A stretch of DNA of 64,000 nucleotides, from positions 29,078,001 to 29,142,000 of the forward strand of contig NC_043000.1 in NCBI RefSeq assembly GCF_006345805.1. The letters run 5' to 3'. The notes beneath the pieces are model-generated. The model was not told the origin of the DNA. It saw nothing but the letters and a program-made list of their open reading frames with translations, and did not search any database. This stretch comes from Octopus sinensis. Its lineage: Eukaryota. This document shows positions 36,736 to 48,862 of the stretch, piece after piece. Every line of letters starts with the position of its first letter. Position 1 is the stretch's first letter. The translations under genes were made by a program, and so were the position numbers.

Positions 36736-38337
36736 GAAAGAGCGTCGTTCATTAAAGTATTGTTCCAAGAATTCAGAATATTAATAAATATTTTGACTTG
36801 ATGTCTTAAAGCTTTAGAGATGGGCAGAGCAAAGTAGGAAGCCTTCAATATAGACAAGCGAAATCTGGACGATTCCCTTCCATAAAGAACTAACTCACAC
36901 GTCACTCCTTATATGTGACGTTTTTGGTAAAGCCCGAGGCGGCTGCTGTGTTTTAGTCGCTCTACTCCCTGGATATGATCCTTGTTAAGTCTTTTTTCTT
37001 CCCAGAGTTAAAATCCACACTGAAAGGCCACCGATTTCACATGATAGAAAAGATCGAAGAAAATTCGTTTGATAATTTGTGAACTGTCCTTAAAACTACT
37101 TCCCAGTACACATTTTAAAACTAGAAAAAAAAACGTTAGAAGGAAACTATTGATGGAGATAAATCTTAATAAATTTGTTTTTTAAAAGGTTCTGTTTCTT
37201 TTTGGACAGATTTCATATATGTTGCATTGAATACACACGATTATTCCGGTTTTATTTTTTATGAAAGAATTCTTTTTTAATATTTTTATGAATTTCTTAC
37301 AGATTTTGTCCCGCGAACTTCATAGTTTCGTCTTGGTGAATGTTGCTACTTCTTTAAAGTAGGCAAGGCCAAATCAATTGATGTACTCGCCATCAACTTA
37401 TTTTCACTGCAAGATTCAATGGTCATCGATTTGGTATTTATTTCTGTTTATGGTTATTGTATAATATTTATGTGTTTATTCTGACATTGTGCTGCGCTAT
37501 GTGTATAGTTTGTATTGTCTATTTCTGTGATGACTCCTGCACACTATAGATATATCATCAACAAACGTTTTCTCATTTATCTTTGCCTTGTATTGTGTAG
37601 TGTAATCTATTGCAATTGTTCCTTCTTTCCTTGTTGCAACTGTATGGTGAGTCGGCAAGAGACTGTCGAACTCGTATGGTCAACAGGGCATCCGAAGACA
37701 TGTTTGCAATCGAATTTATGAATCACATCGATCCATCGTCCCTTATTCTTGGGTTTAGATGCTTAGGGTTTGTAACAGATAAGAAACGATTTTTTAAAAA
37801 TTTTTAGTGGGGTTTCTAAAGAAAACTATTGGTTTTAATTTATCGCTTTGTATAATGCATTAATTTATCGTTTGATGTCAATGTGTTCTATTTTACGAAC
37901 TTTTCTTTGTTTTTGTAATGTATTCATTCATTTTATATTTAGAGAGTATTTAATTCGTATAATACACTTTATTTATGGTTTGTGTAGTTTTAATAGCTTT
38001 GGAGTCTGGGATATTTATTACAGTGTGTTTTTCTCAGTATTGTTTTAAGTCTTTGTCTATTACCTTGTTAGAATACTTCTTGTTGATAAGAGGTTTTTTC
38101 CCCCTGTGGATCTATCTACAGCTTCGATTGAAGTGGAAAATCTAAGGTCTCTTATACGTAAGGATTTTACTCCTGGCCAGTATAAAACCTGCTAGAGAAT
38201 CATATTTATTATTTATATAGTATTTTATGTCATTGTATGATATTGAAAACTCAGCAACTAACAGCTGTTACAATTGCACAGAAACAATTGTTGTACTTGT
38301 AAGTAAAGCCTGTACATTCTGTCTTCTTGTTTTATAA

Positions 38338-38389
<52 letters not shown>

Positions 38390-38397
<8 letters not shown>

Positions 38398-38775
38398 ACT
38401 CAACTTGTGTGTCTGTGTGTGGCAGGTTTGGTAGCCGTCAACTAACACTATCTCCTTCTAGACCCTGCAGCGCAAGTTGACCAAAATTGGGAGTATGATA
38501 GAAGAAGGCTTGCTCTTCATTCTGTAGAAGATAAAATTCAAATCGGACCATGTTAGCGCCAAAAATTATTTACATCAAAAAGGTACTTTTTTTCTATGAA
38601 AATCCCTATTTTTTTACGATTTTTTTACTGCTGTGTCGCCATTTTTCGGTGTATTTCAACCAGAAAAATGTTCACTTAAAGAGAATAACAAGCTACATCG
38701 TGCAAAATTACTTTTCGAAAATTCCAATTCTAAAGGGTCGAAACAAACCCGAGCAACGCCGGGCGATACTGCTAG
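38390..38775 (+). mobile_element. Non-autonomous Helitron
   Basis: 3' hairpin cccgagcaacgccggg followed by CTAG (38772-38775); 5' end in (TA)n. Confidence 0.8.
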
Positions 38776-39054
38776 TTACAAATAAAATGTGTTTCACCAT
38801 TACGAGACACTCTGTATAGCTAAGTGACGTAGATAAGTTGCATTTCACAAAGCAGAAAAGACAAGGTTAAGCATTTACAATTACAAGCTGTTAAGAACTG
38901 AATATGTGCAAAATATTCCAGATACACACACATATATATATACATGTAAATATGTGTATATGCAGATATATGCACTACGTCAAAACATGCAGATCTGCAT
39001 ATACATTAGCATGCATGAGTAGAGGGCGTGACTATCTAAAGGATATCTAAATTC

Positions 39055-39282
39055 CATATTAACGCCAAAAGTTATTTACATCAAAAAGGAACTTTTTTTC
39101 TATGAAAATCCCTATTTTTTACGATTTTAGACTGCTGTGTCGCCATTTTTCGGTGTATTTCAACTGGGAAAATGCTCACTTGAAGAGAATAACAAGTTGC
39201 ATAATGTAACATTTTTACTTTTCAAAAATTCCAATTCTAAAGGGTCGAAACAGACCCAAGCAACACCGGGTGATACTGCTAG
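39055..39282 (+). mobile_element. Second, 5'-truncated copy of the same Helitron
   Basis: Repeats 38555-38775; ends cccaagcaacaccggg..CTAG. Confidence 0.8.
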
Positions 39283-39344
39283 TATATATATATATATATG
39301 TATACATATGCTATATATGTGTGCGTGTGAGTGTTTATTCTTTA

Positions 39345-39720
39345 TCTTTTCTTTGTTTCAAGTCATCGGTCCGTGGTCATGGCGGGGCACCGCCTTGGGG
39401 GGATTTTCGTCGAAAAAATCGACGCGAGGACTTATATAAGACTGGTAACAACTCTATCGCTCATTGTTGCAGGACCACTAAGTTACGGGGACGTAAACAA
39501 ACCAACACAGATACAAAGATGCACACACACGTACATACTCATACATGCATATCACACACACACACACATAGTTGATGAGCTTCCGCGTAGTTTCCACCAA
39601 CCAAATTCACTCACAAGTCATTGGTTGACCCGGGTTTATAAATAAAAGATACTAGCCCAAAGTGCCATACAGTGCGATTGAACTTGAAACGACGTGGTTG
39701 CAAAGTATATTTTCAATAGA
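39345..39720 (-). mobile_element. SINE family A, diverged
   Basis: Tail 39345-39520, head 39590-39720. Confidence 0.7.
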
Positions 39721-40329
39721 GTTACAGTCCTATAACAACCACACCAACAGCAGAAACAGCGGCAACAACAACAACAACAGCAACAACAACAACAGCAGTG
39801 GCAGAAGCAGCGGCAGTAGCAGCGGTAGCTGACCATATCTCTGTACGATCAGCCGTTCACGACAGATTGACAATTAAATGTTTGCTACAAAAACTTTTCT
39901 TTCATTTTTTTTTTTTTTAATGTTTAAAAAAAGACGATCTAACATGGAGATAAAAAAAGGAAGATGAAAAGGAAGCTGATATGAATGGAAGTTCTAAATA
40001 AGGATGTGATATAAGGGACGGATTAATAGATAATTCTAACAGATATTAAAATATGATAACAACAAAACTACCATTTAAAGGCGACTGTACGACTAAAACT
40101 GTATGGAATTGCAACATAACCACGTGATCATGGATTGCTTATGCATGAGAGCGAACGTCAATACACACACGCACAAATGCATACGCACACACATACACAC
40201 ACATAGACATGCACACACATACTTACACTTCTATGAGTATATGCTGCTATGAGTTTTTGACCGTGTTAGTGTGTGTGTCTTAATTATGCACACACTTATA
40301 CACCTCTATATATACTATTTCTGTGTGTG

Positions 40330-40990
<661 letters not shown>

Positions 40991-41296
40991 TTAATATATT
41001 TAATATGATTCAAATATACAGCAGATATGAGATAGTGTCTGTGAAAGTTATTTCAGTATTCAGTATAATAGATTAATGTATATTTAAAAGATGTGCGCCT
41101 GTGTCTGCGCTTGTTTATGTGTTTAGATGTGAGCGAATGTGATAAAGCATGTCTAGCTGTTATGTCGTTACTTTCAATAAGGTGACGATGTGCATAAAAC
41201 CCTGAGTAGTATTCATATACATACATACACGCACGCACATACACACTCACACATATATGTATGTATGAATAAACATATATATATGTGTGTGTGTGT

Positions 41297-41610
41297 GGAG
41301 GCGCAATGGCCCAGTGGTTAGGGCTGCGGACTCGCGGTCATAGGATCACGGCTTCGATTCCTAGACTAGGCATTGTGAGTGTTTATTGAGCGAAAACACC
41401 TAAAGCTCCACGAGGCTCCGGCAGGGGGTGGTGGCAATCCCTGCTGTACTCTTTCGCCGCAACTTTCTCTCACTCTTTCTTCTGTTGGCCTGCTCGCTTA
41501 GCCAGTGGGATGGCGTCATTTAAAGGCTAAAACAATGCGAAACGCGTTGTGACCAGTGATGTGTAGCAACATCTGATAGCCTGGTCGGTCACGGTGATCA
41601 CGGTGATATA
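41297..41610 (+). mobile_element. SINE family C, tail type 1
   Basis: tRNA-like head ggaggcgcaatggcccagtggttaggg..ttcgattcc; ends cacggtgatcacggtgata. Confidence 0.85.
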
Positions 41611-41611
41611 T

Positions 41612-41745
41612 ATATGTATACATGGATCCTAAAAACATTCAGAACCAGAGATAAGGAAACCATGATGGTCCTCCGGCGGACATTCGTCCTCAGCTACCTG
41701 GACTACTGCTCACAGCTATGGTCACCCACCAGTGTGAGATTAACA
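41612..41745 (+). mobile_element. CR1-like LINE internal fragment
   Basis: WILKTFRTRDKETMMVLRRTFVLSYLDYCSQLWSP. Confidence 0.85.
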
Positions 41746-41939
41746 GCCATAATAGATCGCTAGCCACTACACATTCTTTATTTTCTCTCCTTGTTTCTTT
41801 CTGTGTTCCTTTCTGTGGAAGAGCGTAGGCCCGAAACGTTACAGACTTTTTCACTTCCCGAGCGTAATACCAATACATCTGTTTGTTGTCTACACCACCT
41901 GTCTTCGTCATTTTTTTTTTTTGTGTGTGAATTCTCCCT
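41740..41939 (+). mobile_element. Family E1 element with HHR-like motif (41809-41845)
   Basis: CUGUGGA-A-GAGC-GUAG-GCCC-GAAAC-GU-U; rc of the 24096 unit. Confidence 0.75.
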
Positions 41940-41944
41940 ATATA

Positions 41945-42158
41945 GGAGGGGTACTGAAAAGTTCCTAGCTTCAAGGATCTCGCGCGAAAAAGCCTGGTTG
42001 TAGGCCCGACATTCCGCGTTCTTTTACAGGGCTTGGAAAAACTGAAGGACCGCTGCAATAAGTGTGTGAATCTGAGAGGGAAATATGTTGAACAAAATCA
42101 TTATTAACTTATCCTACTGTATTTTCTTTTACCCAAAGCCAGGAACTTTCAGCAAACT

Positions 42159-42162
<4 letters not shown>
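41945..42162 (+). mobile_element. Mariner-derived MITE
   Basis: TIRs ggaggggtactgaaaagttcctagct / agccaggaactttcagcaaactctcg; retains GLEKLKDRCNKCVNLRGKYVE (mariner C-terminus). Confidence 0.85.
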
Positions 42163-42204
<42 letters not shown>

Positions 42205-42206
42205 TG

Positions 42207-42237
<31 letters not shown>

Positions 42238-42256
42238 TGTGTGTGTGTGTGTGTGT

Positions 42257-42375
42257 ACGCAGACTTCTTTCAGTTTCTGTTAACCAAATTCACCCACAGT
42301 GATCTGCCCCAGTCTAGAGCAGAAGTCACTTCCCCAGGATGCTGTGCAGTGGAACTGAACCTGAAAACGTGTAGT
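42257..42375 (-). mobile_element. SINE family A head
   Basis: cttctttcagtttctgttaaccaaattcac..gcagtggaactgaacc. Confidence 0.6.
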
Positions 42376-42711
42376 TGCAAAAGCCTACAAATTTTACAGT
42401 CGCTGTGAAAAATAATGTTTTTTATACGGAGAACTTATTTCTTCGTGAACAGCAAAAATGATATCAAAAAAGATACAAAGGTTCATCTTATTCTCTCTGA
42501 TGAAATTATACTCACATCATATAAATGTAAATTTAATGTACAAATTTGTAATTAAATGATTGAGCATTAATTGAAACGGCTGTAAGAAGCGATGGTGACC
42601 AATTTGTTGTTAATAATAAACAACTATTAGCTTCCTTATCTCCATTTTGTTTTTTCTTTTGAATATATATATATATATATACATGCATGTGTGCGTATAT
42701 AAGAAGGAGGA

Positions 42712-42945
42712 GGAGACCCCTTCGATCATGAATGACCATGGGATTGCACCTAGAAAGTTACCATCCGAAGCACAAGTCCGGGCAAGGTTGTTTATGGAAG
42801 ACCAGCAGTCGCCCATGCATACCAGCCTCCCCTCTCCACACCACTGATGTTATCCAAGAGAAGGACAAATGAGCCGATGCAGCTTGGCACCTGTGACGTC
42901 ACAACTCATTTCTACAGCTGAGTGAACTGGAGCAACATGAGATAA
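42712..42945 (-). mobile_element. SINE family D, 3' portion
   Basis: Matches 29722-29960. Confidence 0.85.
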
Positions 42946-43404
42946 AGTGGTTGAAGTGAAATATAGTTATTGTTATGAGTAGACTTGGCTAAACATAATC
43001 AAGTGCTTTTGGCGCTAAATTCGAAATCATGATACCAGGTCAACTGGTATTCCTTCATGCAAATTTGCAATCCTTATTTTTTTTAGTTTTTTATTCCAAC
43101 CATGCCTGTAAAAATTTAGTGCTAATTCTTGTAGCTTCGAAGCATTTTCTGACTCCTGTTTTTAGCAAAGTTGGTGCTTCTTAGTGCCCTTGTTATATAT
43201 AATTATTATATATATATTAATTTTGTTTACGCTGCTTTAAGCTTCCGGGCACTAACATTGTTATCTCTCATGAGTAATAATGTTCGTCATATATATATAC
43301 ATATATATATATATATAAATATATATGCGTGTGTGTGTATGTGTGTATGTATACGTACACATATATATATGTATTTGTGTATGTGTGTGTGTGTGCTTGT
43401 GTGT

Positions 43405-43600
43405 TTGTGTTTGTCCCCCCCCAAACATCGCTTGACAACCGATGCTGGTGTGTTTACGTCCCCGTAACTTAGCTGTTCGGCAAAAGAGACCGATAGAATA
43501 AGTACTAGGCTTACAGAGAATAAGTCCTGGGGTCGATTTGCTCGACTAAAGGCGGTGCTCCAGCATGGCCACAGTCAAATGACTGAAACAAGTAAAAGAG
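43405..43600 (+). mobile_element. SINE family A tail
   Basis: catcgcttgacaaccgatgctgg..gactgaaacaagtaaaagag. Confidence 0.9.
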
Positions 43601-43641
43601 TATATATGTATATATATGTATATATGTGTGTGTGTGTGTGC

Positions 43642-43677
<36 letters not shown>

Positions 43678-45052
43678 TGAAAAGACGCAAAGTTTTTCTG
43701 TCCACAGAGAGATAAAAACCTGTAGTTAAAAACCTTTGTCTGCGTCTTCTTTCTATTAACATATCGCCAACGGGTTATAGTGATTCTACATTGTGGGAAT
43801 ACGCCCTCGTTAAAATTCAACATTTAATGTCCTCTCTTTTGCTGTTTTAAAATTCTAGTTAATGAAGTCGCAGATGTATTCGACGGAAGTGGACACCATC
43901 ATGATCACCATCACCACCATCATCATCATCATCACCACTATAATCCTCATCATTACCATCTTCGTCATCTCCCTTGTCGTCGTCGTCGGCGGTGGCCATC
44001 ATTATCCACATTATCTACTGCAGAGAATACAGTTATAGATCAATAAAACAGACTCCCTGTTTGCGGCTCTAATGCTTATGCGATACAAAGCCATAGATTT
44101 GTAATGCAGTGAACAGTATGACATGCATGTGCAGAAATTGTTGTTGTTGTTATTGTTGCTGCTTCTGCTGTTGTTGTTGTTGTTACTGCTTTAGTTGTTG
44201 CTGGTTTTGTTATTTTGATCTTAATACATAAAAGATGCGACAACAGCGCTATCTAACCACGGATTAAAAATGAAAAATATAGAAAATATAAAAAGGAAAG
44301 AAAAAAATCAGTATAGCTTTTGAGTTTAATCCAGTTGTCCTCTGAAAGTCAAATAATACAGAAGGTTTGTGGTGCAGGGCACAAAAGCAATTTGCCGGTC
44401 TCCTCGTATAAGTTCCATTGATCTTTACAAATATCGACTTTTGGATAGCAAATCATTAAAAGCCGGTAGAAAATGCATTAAGATTTATTGCGTTTTAAAA
44501 CAGATGTGTTGTATGTCAACCGTGAGTTCATATGTGTAAGATGGAAATATAGAGATTCGAGTTTTGTCTCTTGTTTGGTCAGAAAAGTAGTAAAGTACGA
44601 TGCTGGGGTTATTAGATTGTTTGGGTGTTTTTATTTTTATTTTTCTCTTTTTATTTCAATTTCGTGTGTGTGGTTTTTTTTAACTTAGGCATTAGGCTTT
44701 TAAACTTTTCAATTTGTCGGAAGAATTTCTGAGAACTCGCTGTTTGAGCTTATATGATTTGGTCAGAGTAAGCAGAGTTAGTTATATTATCAAGCTAGTT
44801 ATATTATCAACTTGTACAGTGTAATACAAACGCAACGCCTCCTCTATAGGGTCGTATCAGAGGCAACCGTCTTTATACTTTCTAGCTGGATTCCAAACGC
44901 AACGCCCATGATCTCAGTGGCTTCTTTTGTTTACAGTCATTTCCATCCATCCATTTTCGTCACCCACAATTCCTGGGAGAGTCGCAGGAGTAGTATCCTC
45001 AAACACCTTCTCCATAGGGTCGTATCAGAGGCAACCGTCTTTATAGTTTCTA

Positions 45053-45279
45053 CACACGCAGTCACATTCAAAATGTGACCGCGTGTGTACCGTTAGCGAG
45101 TTTTTTTCCTCCGTCTTCCCTTCCTTGGATCTTTCCTTTTTCTATGTTTCTGACGAAGAGCTCCGCTCGAAACGTTAAATCCTCCTTCTTTCTTTCCTTT
45201 CCTGAGCGTCCAATAACACTACACTTGTTCCACGTCCTCGCGTTGTTGTTTTCTCTTTGTGTTTTCATGTTTGGATTAA
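45053..45279 (+). mobile_element. Family E2 hammerhead element with 14-bp TSD
   Basis: ctttatagtttcta at 45039-45052 and 45280-45293; uninterrupted site visible in the upstream duplicate near 44866-44895. Confidence 0.85.
45146..45180 (+). ncRNA. Minimal type I hammerhead ribozyme, intact core
   Basis: GUUU-CUGACGA-A-GAGC-UCC-GCUC-GAAAC-GU-U-AAAU. Confidence 0.8.
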
Positions 45280-45654
45280 CTTTATAGTTTCTAGCTGGAT
45301 TCCCAAGTGTGACTAACTGGGATTATGGATATTATCCAACCGTCTCGCTTCCGGTCTACCCCTAGGTTTCATGTCGGTTGGCTCAAAGAATATCTCTTGA
45401 GATCCTTTTCTGTAAATCCAGTACAAATTCCAGCTTGGTGCGTGGCGCAAATAAGACCACCAAAAGCTGAAATAGGAAAAGGTTTAGAAAAATGTAACCA
45501 TACAATGTCACCCGTTGTAAGAAACTTGTCCGGACCTTAGATACAGGGGTCCGTTTGAAAAATATGTTGCAGACTCCATTCAATGCTGTTATAACTGGCA
45601 GTAAACCTGAAACTTGTTCTGGCAGGTGTGAGATGAAACCACAACAGTTGAAGG

Positions 45655-46035
45655 TGCTGGGACCCCAAAGAGAGTCCAGGAGAAAACAACCGTTGCCAGT
45701 TGGAAATTAGAATGTCACAAGCCTTACGACTGAAGAGCAGGAACTAATGGAGGAGGTCAAACTAGATATAGTCGATATCACTTTTACATGGTTCAGTGAC
45801 ATTAGTATCGTAAATTTGGATGAAGTGTGGAAACTCCGCTATGGAGGTGAGGTGCGAATTATGTTTACGCAGGCGGACGTGGGGATATTTACATGCACTT
45901 GGCTGTCGGATTGTGTTATGGAGTAGATTCCATTAGGTGGAAGGGCTTATCTTCTGAAGGTTATGCTGAAAGAAGGAACGCTGTGGCTGTTGCAAACATA
46001 TTCGCGTAACAATGAGACCAATCCAGCGCCCTTGA
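45655..46035 (+). mobile_element. RTE-type LINE 5' portion, AP-endonuclease remnant
   Basis: GN*NVTSL..EQELMEEV..LDIVDIT..WKLRYGG..ADVGIF..WLLQTYSRN resembles GTWNV..LDIVGL..GVG..AYAPN. Confidence 0.7.
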
Positions 46036-46199
46036 GATGAAGTAAATAGTGATTGTTTCTTTATTTGGGTAGAGAAAGAGGAAGTGAGATTGTGTGTTAG
46101 TGGCCCTTTGCTTGCTGAACTTAATCTAAATCAAATAAAAATGTTTACCACAAAGAACCGTAACTGAGCCGGGGACTGAATTTGTTTCTACTCTCGGTC

Positions 46200-46595
46200 G
46201 TCTGCCATTGGAAGCACTCCGTCGATTACGACGATGAGGGTTCCGGTTGATCCGAATCAACGGAACAGCCTGCTCGTGAAATTAACGTGTAAGTGGCTAA
46301 GCACTCCACAGACACGTGTACTCCACAGACGTAGTTCTCGGGGATATTCAGCGTGACACAGAGAGTGACAAGGCCGGCCCTTTGAAATACAGGTACAACA
46401 GAAACAGGAAGTAAGAGTGAGAGAAAGTTGTGGTGAAAGAGTACAGCAGGGATCACCACCATCCCCTGCTGGAGCCTCGTAGAGCTTTTAGGTGTTTTCG
46501 CTCAATAAACACTCACAACGCCCAGTCTGGGAATCGAAACCGCGATCCTATGACCGCGAGTCCGCTGCCCTAACCACTGGGCCATTGCGCCTCCA
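46200..46595 (-). mobile_element. SINE family C, tail type 2, near full length
   Basis: Same first ~175 bp as 41297, different 3' half ending catcgtcgtaatcgacggagtgc. Confidence 0.85.
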
Positions 46596-46721
46596 TGTTT
46601 GCCATACAATCGCGTAAACAATGACATGTTTTAAAACAACGAAAGACATTTGATATATGAAGCGTAATATTCGACTGGATCAACTCCAGAATATTTTTGA
46701 TTGTTATTCCATCAATCTAAG

Positions 46722-48862
46722 GCGGTGAACTGGCAGAATCATTAACACCTAAGACTTAACGGCATTTCTTTCGGCCCTTTACGTTCTGAGTTCGAATACT
46801 GCCGAGATCAACTTTCATTAAAGCATCAGTCGAGCACTGGGTGTCGATGTAATCGATTTCCTGTCCCCCCAAAATTCCTGGTACCAAAATTAGAAAGAAT
46901 TATTGCTAGTTATAGTAAAATAACCATTTCGACATTCTATTGGGTTGGTGCATAGTTATTGCGGCTTTTTTTTTTTTCAATAAATGTTATTAAACAAAAA
47001 CAATAACAATATTTAACAAAAGCATCTTTAAATGGCGGTCTGACCGTCTGCCAAGCAAATGGGAAGTAGTGATTGAAGTAGATGGTGAATATGCTCCGGA
47101 ATAATCATTTTAAAATGTTTTTGTTACATGTTGTTATTGATTTTGTTGAATAAAATTTGTTGAAAAAAAAAACCGCAATAATTATGCACCAACCCATCTT
47201 GGCCATTCATTAAGTCTAAAAGGATATTAATACGGAAGTCTAACATTGGTACAAGGTCGTAGAAGGCGGCGAGCTGACAGAAACATTAGCACGCCGAGCG
47301 TAATGCTTAGCAGTATTTCGTCTGTCGTTACGTTCTGAGTTCAAATTCCACTGAGGTCGACTTTGCCTTTCATCCTTTTGGAATCGATTAAATAAGTACC
47401 AGTTACGCACTGGGGTCGATATAATCGACTTAATCCGTTTGTCTGTCCTTGTTTGTTCTCTCTGTGTTTAGCCCCTTGTGGGTAGTAAAGAAATAGGTAT
47501 TCCGTCTGCCGTTACGTTGTGAGTTCAAATTCCGCCGAGGTCGACTTCGCCTTTCATCCTTTCAGGGTCAATTAAATAAGTACCAGTTACGCACTGGGGT
47601 CGATATAATCGACTTAATCCGTTTGTCTGTCCTTGTTTGTTCTCTCTGTGTTTAGCCCCTTGTGGGTAGTAAAGAAATAGGTACAAGGTCGTAGATCTCA
47701 GTGAGATGCAAGTTGATGATATCGATAACAATAATCGCCAGTACTTTATGTTATCGCTCCCAGAAGGATATCTGCTGTACTGCGTTCTGTTCGACGATTT
47801 GCCAATTCTGTTATTTCACCGTCCCCAAAACGCTGATAAAGATTGGTTTCCCATTTTGGCAAAAAAAACTGGTACTTTCGGGGAAGGGATAAACTGATTA
47901 CATAAACCCTAGTGTGCAACCCGAAAGGCAAAGTCAACCTCAGTGGCATTTGAACTCAGAACGTAAAAACGGACGCCATGCCGATGAGCATTTTGCTCGG
48001 TGCGATAATGATTCTACCAGCTCACTTCTTTACAATGCAGTTAAATTTTGGTTTCAAATTTTGGCACAAGGCCAGAAATTTCGAGGGAGGGGATAGATGA
48101 TTACATCGACCTCAATATTCAACTTGTACTTATTTTAATGACCCAAAGGATAAAAATCAGCAGGAGTCAATATTATTGAAACTTAGAACGTAAAAACGGA
48201 CGAAATGCCGCTAAATATTTTTGCCCAGTGAACCAACGATTCTGCTCGCCGCCATAGCAGAATAAATATTCTTTTCTACTCTAGGCACAAGGCCCGAAAT
48301 TTTGGGAAAGGGCGCCAGTCGATTAGATCGACCCCAGAACGCAACTGGTACTTAATTTATCGACCCCGAAAGGATGAAAAGCAAAGTCGACCTCGGCGGA
48401 ATTTGAGCTCAGAACGTAAAGACAGACGAAATACCACTAAGCATTTCGTCCGTCGTGCTAACATTTCTTATTTCTTTATTGCCCACAAGGGGCTAAACAC
48501 AGAGAGGACAAACAAGGACAGACAAACGGATTAAGTTGATTACATCGACCCCAGTGTGTAACTGGTACTGAATTTATCGACCCCGAAAGGATGAAAGGCA
48601 AAGTTGACCTCGGCGGAATTTGAACTCAGGACGTAGCAGCAGATGAAATACCAATTTCTTTACTACCCTCAAGGGGCTAAACACAGAGAAGACAAACAAG
48701 GACAGACAAACGGATTAAGTCGATTATATCGACTCCAGTGCGTAACTGGTACTTATTTAATCGACCCCGAAAGGATGAAAGGCAAAGTCGACCTCGGCGG
48801 AATTTGAACTCAGAATGTAAAGACAGACGAAATACCGCTAAGCATCTGCCCGCCTTAGCAGA
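46722..48862. mobile_element. Dense SINE B cluster (+ monomer and dimer, then - monomers and a - trimer)
   Basis: About eight B cores; + dimer 47264-47679 has 16-bp TSD ggtacaaggtcgtaga. Confidence 0.85.
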
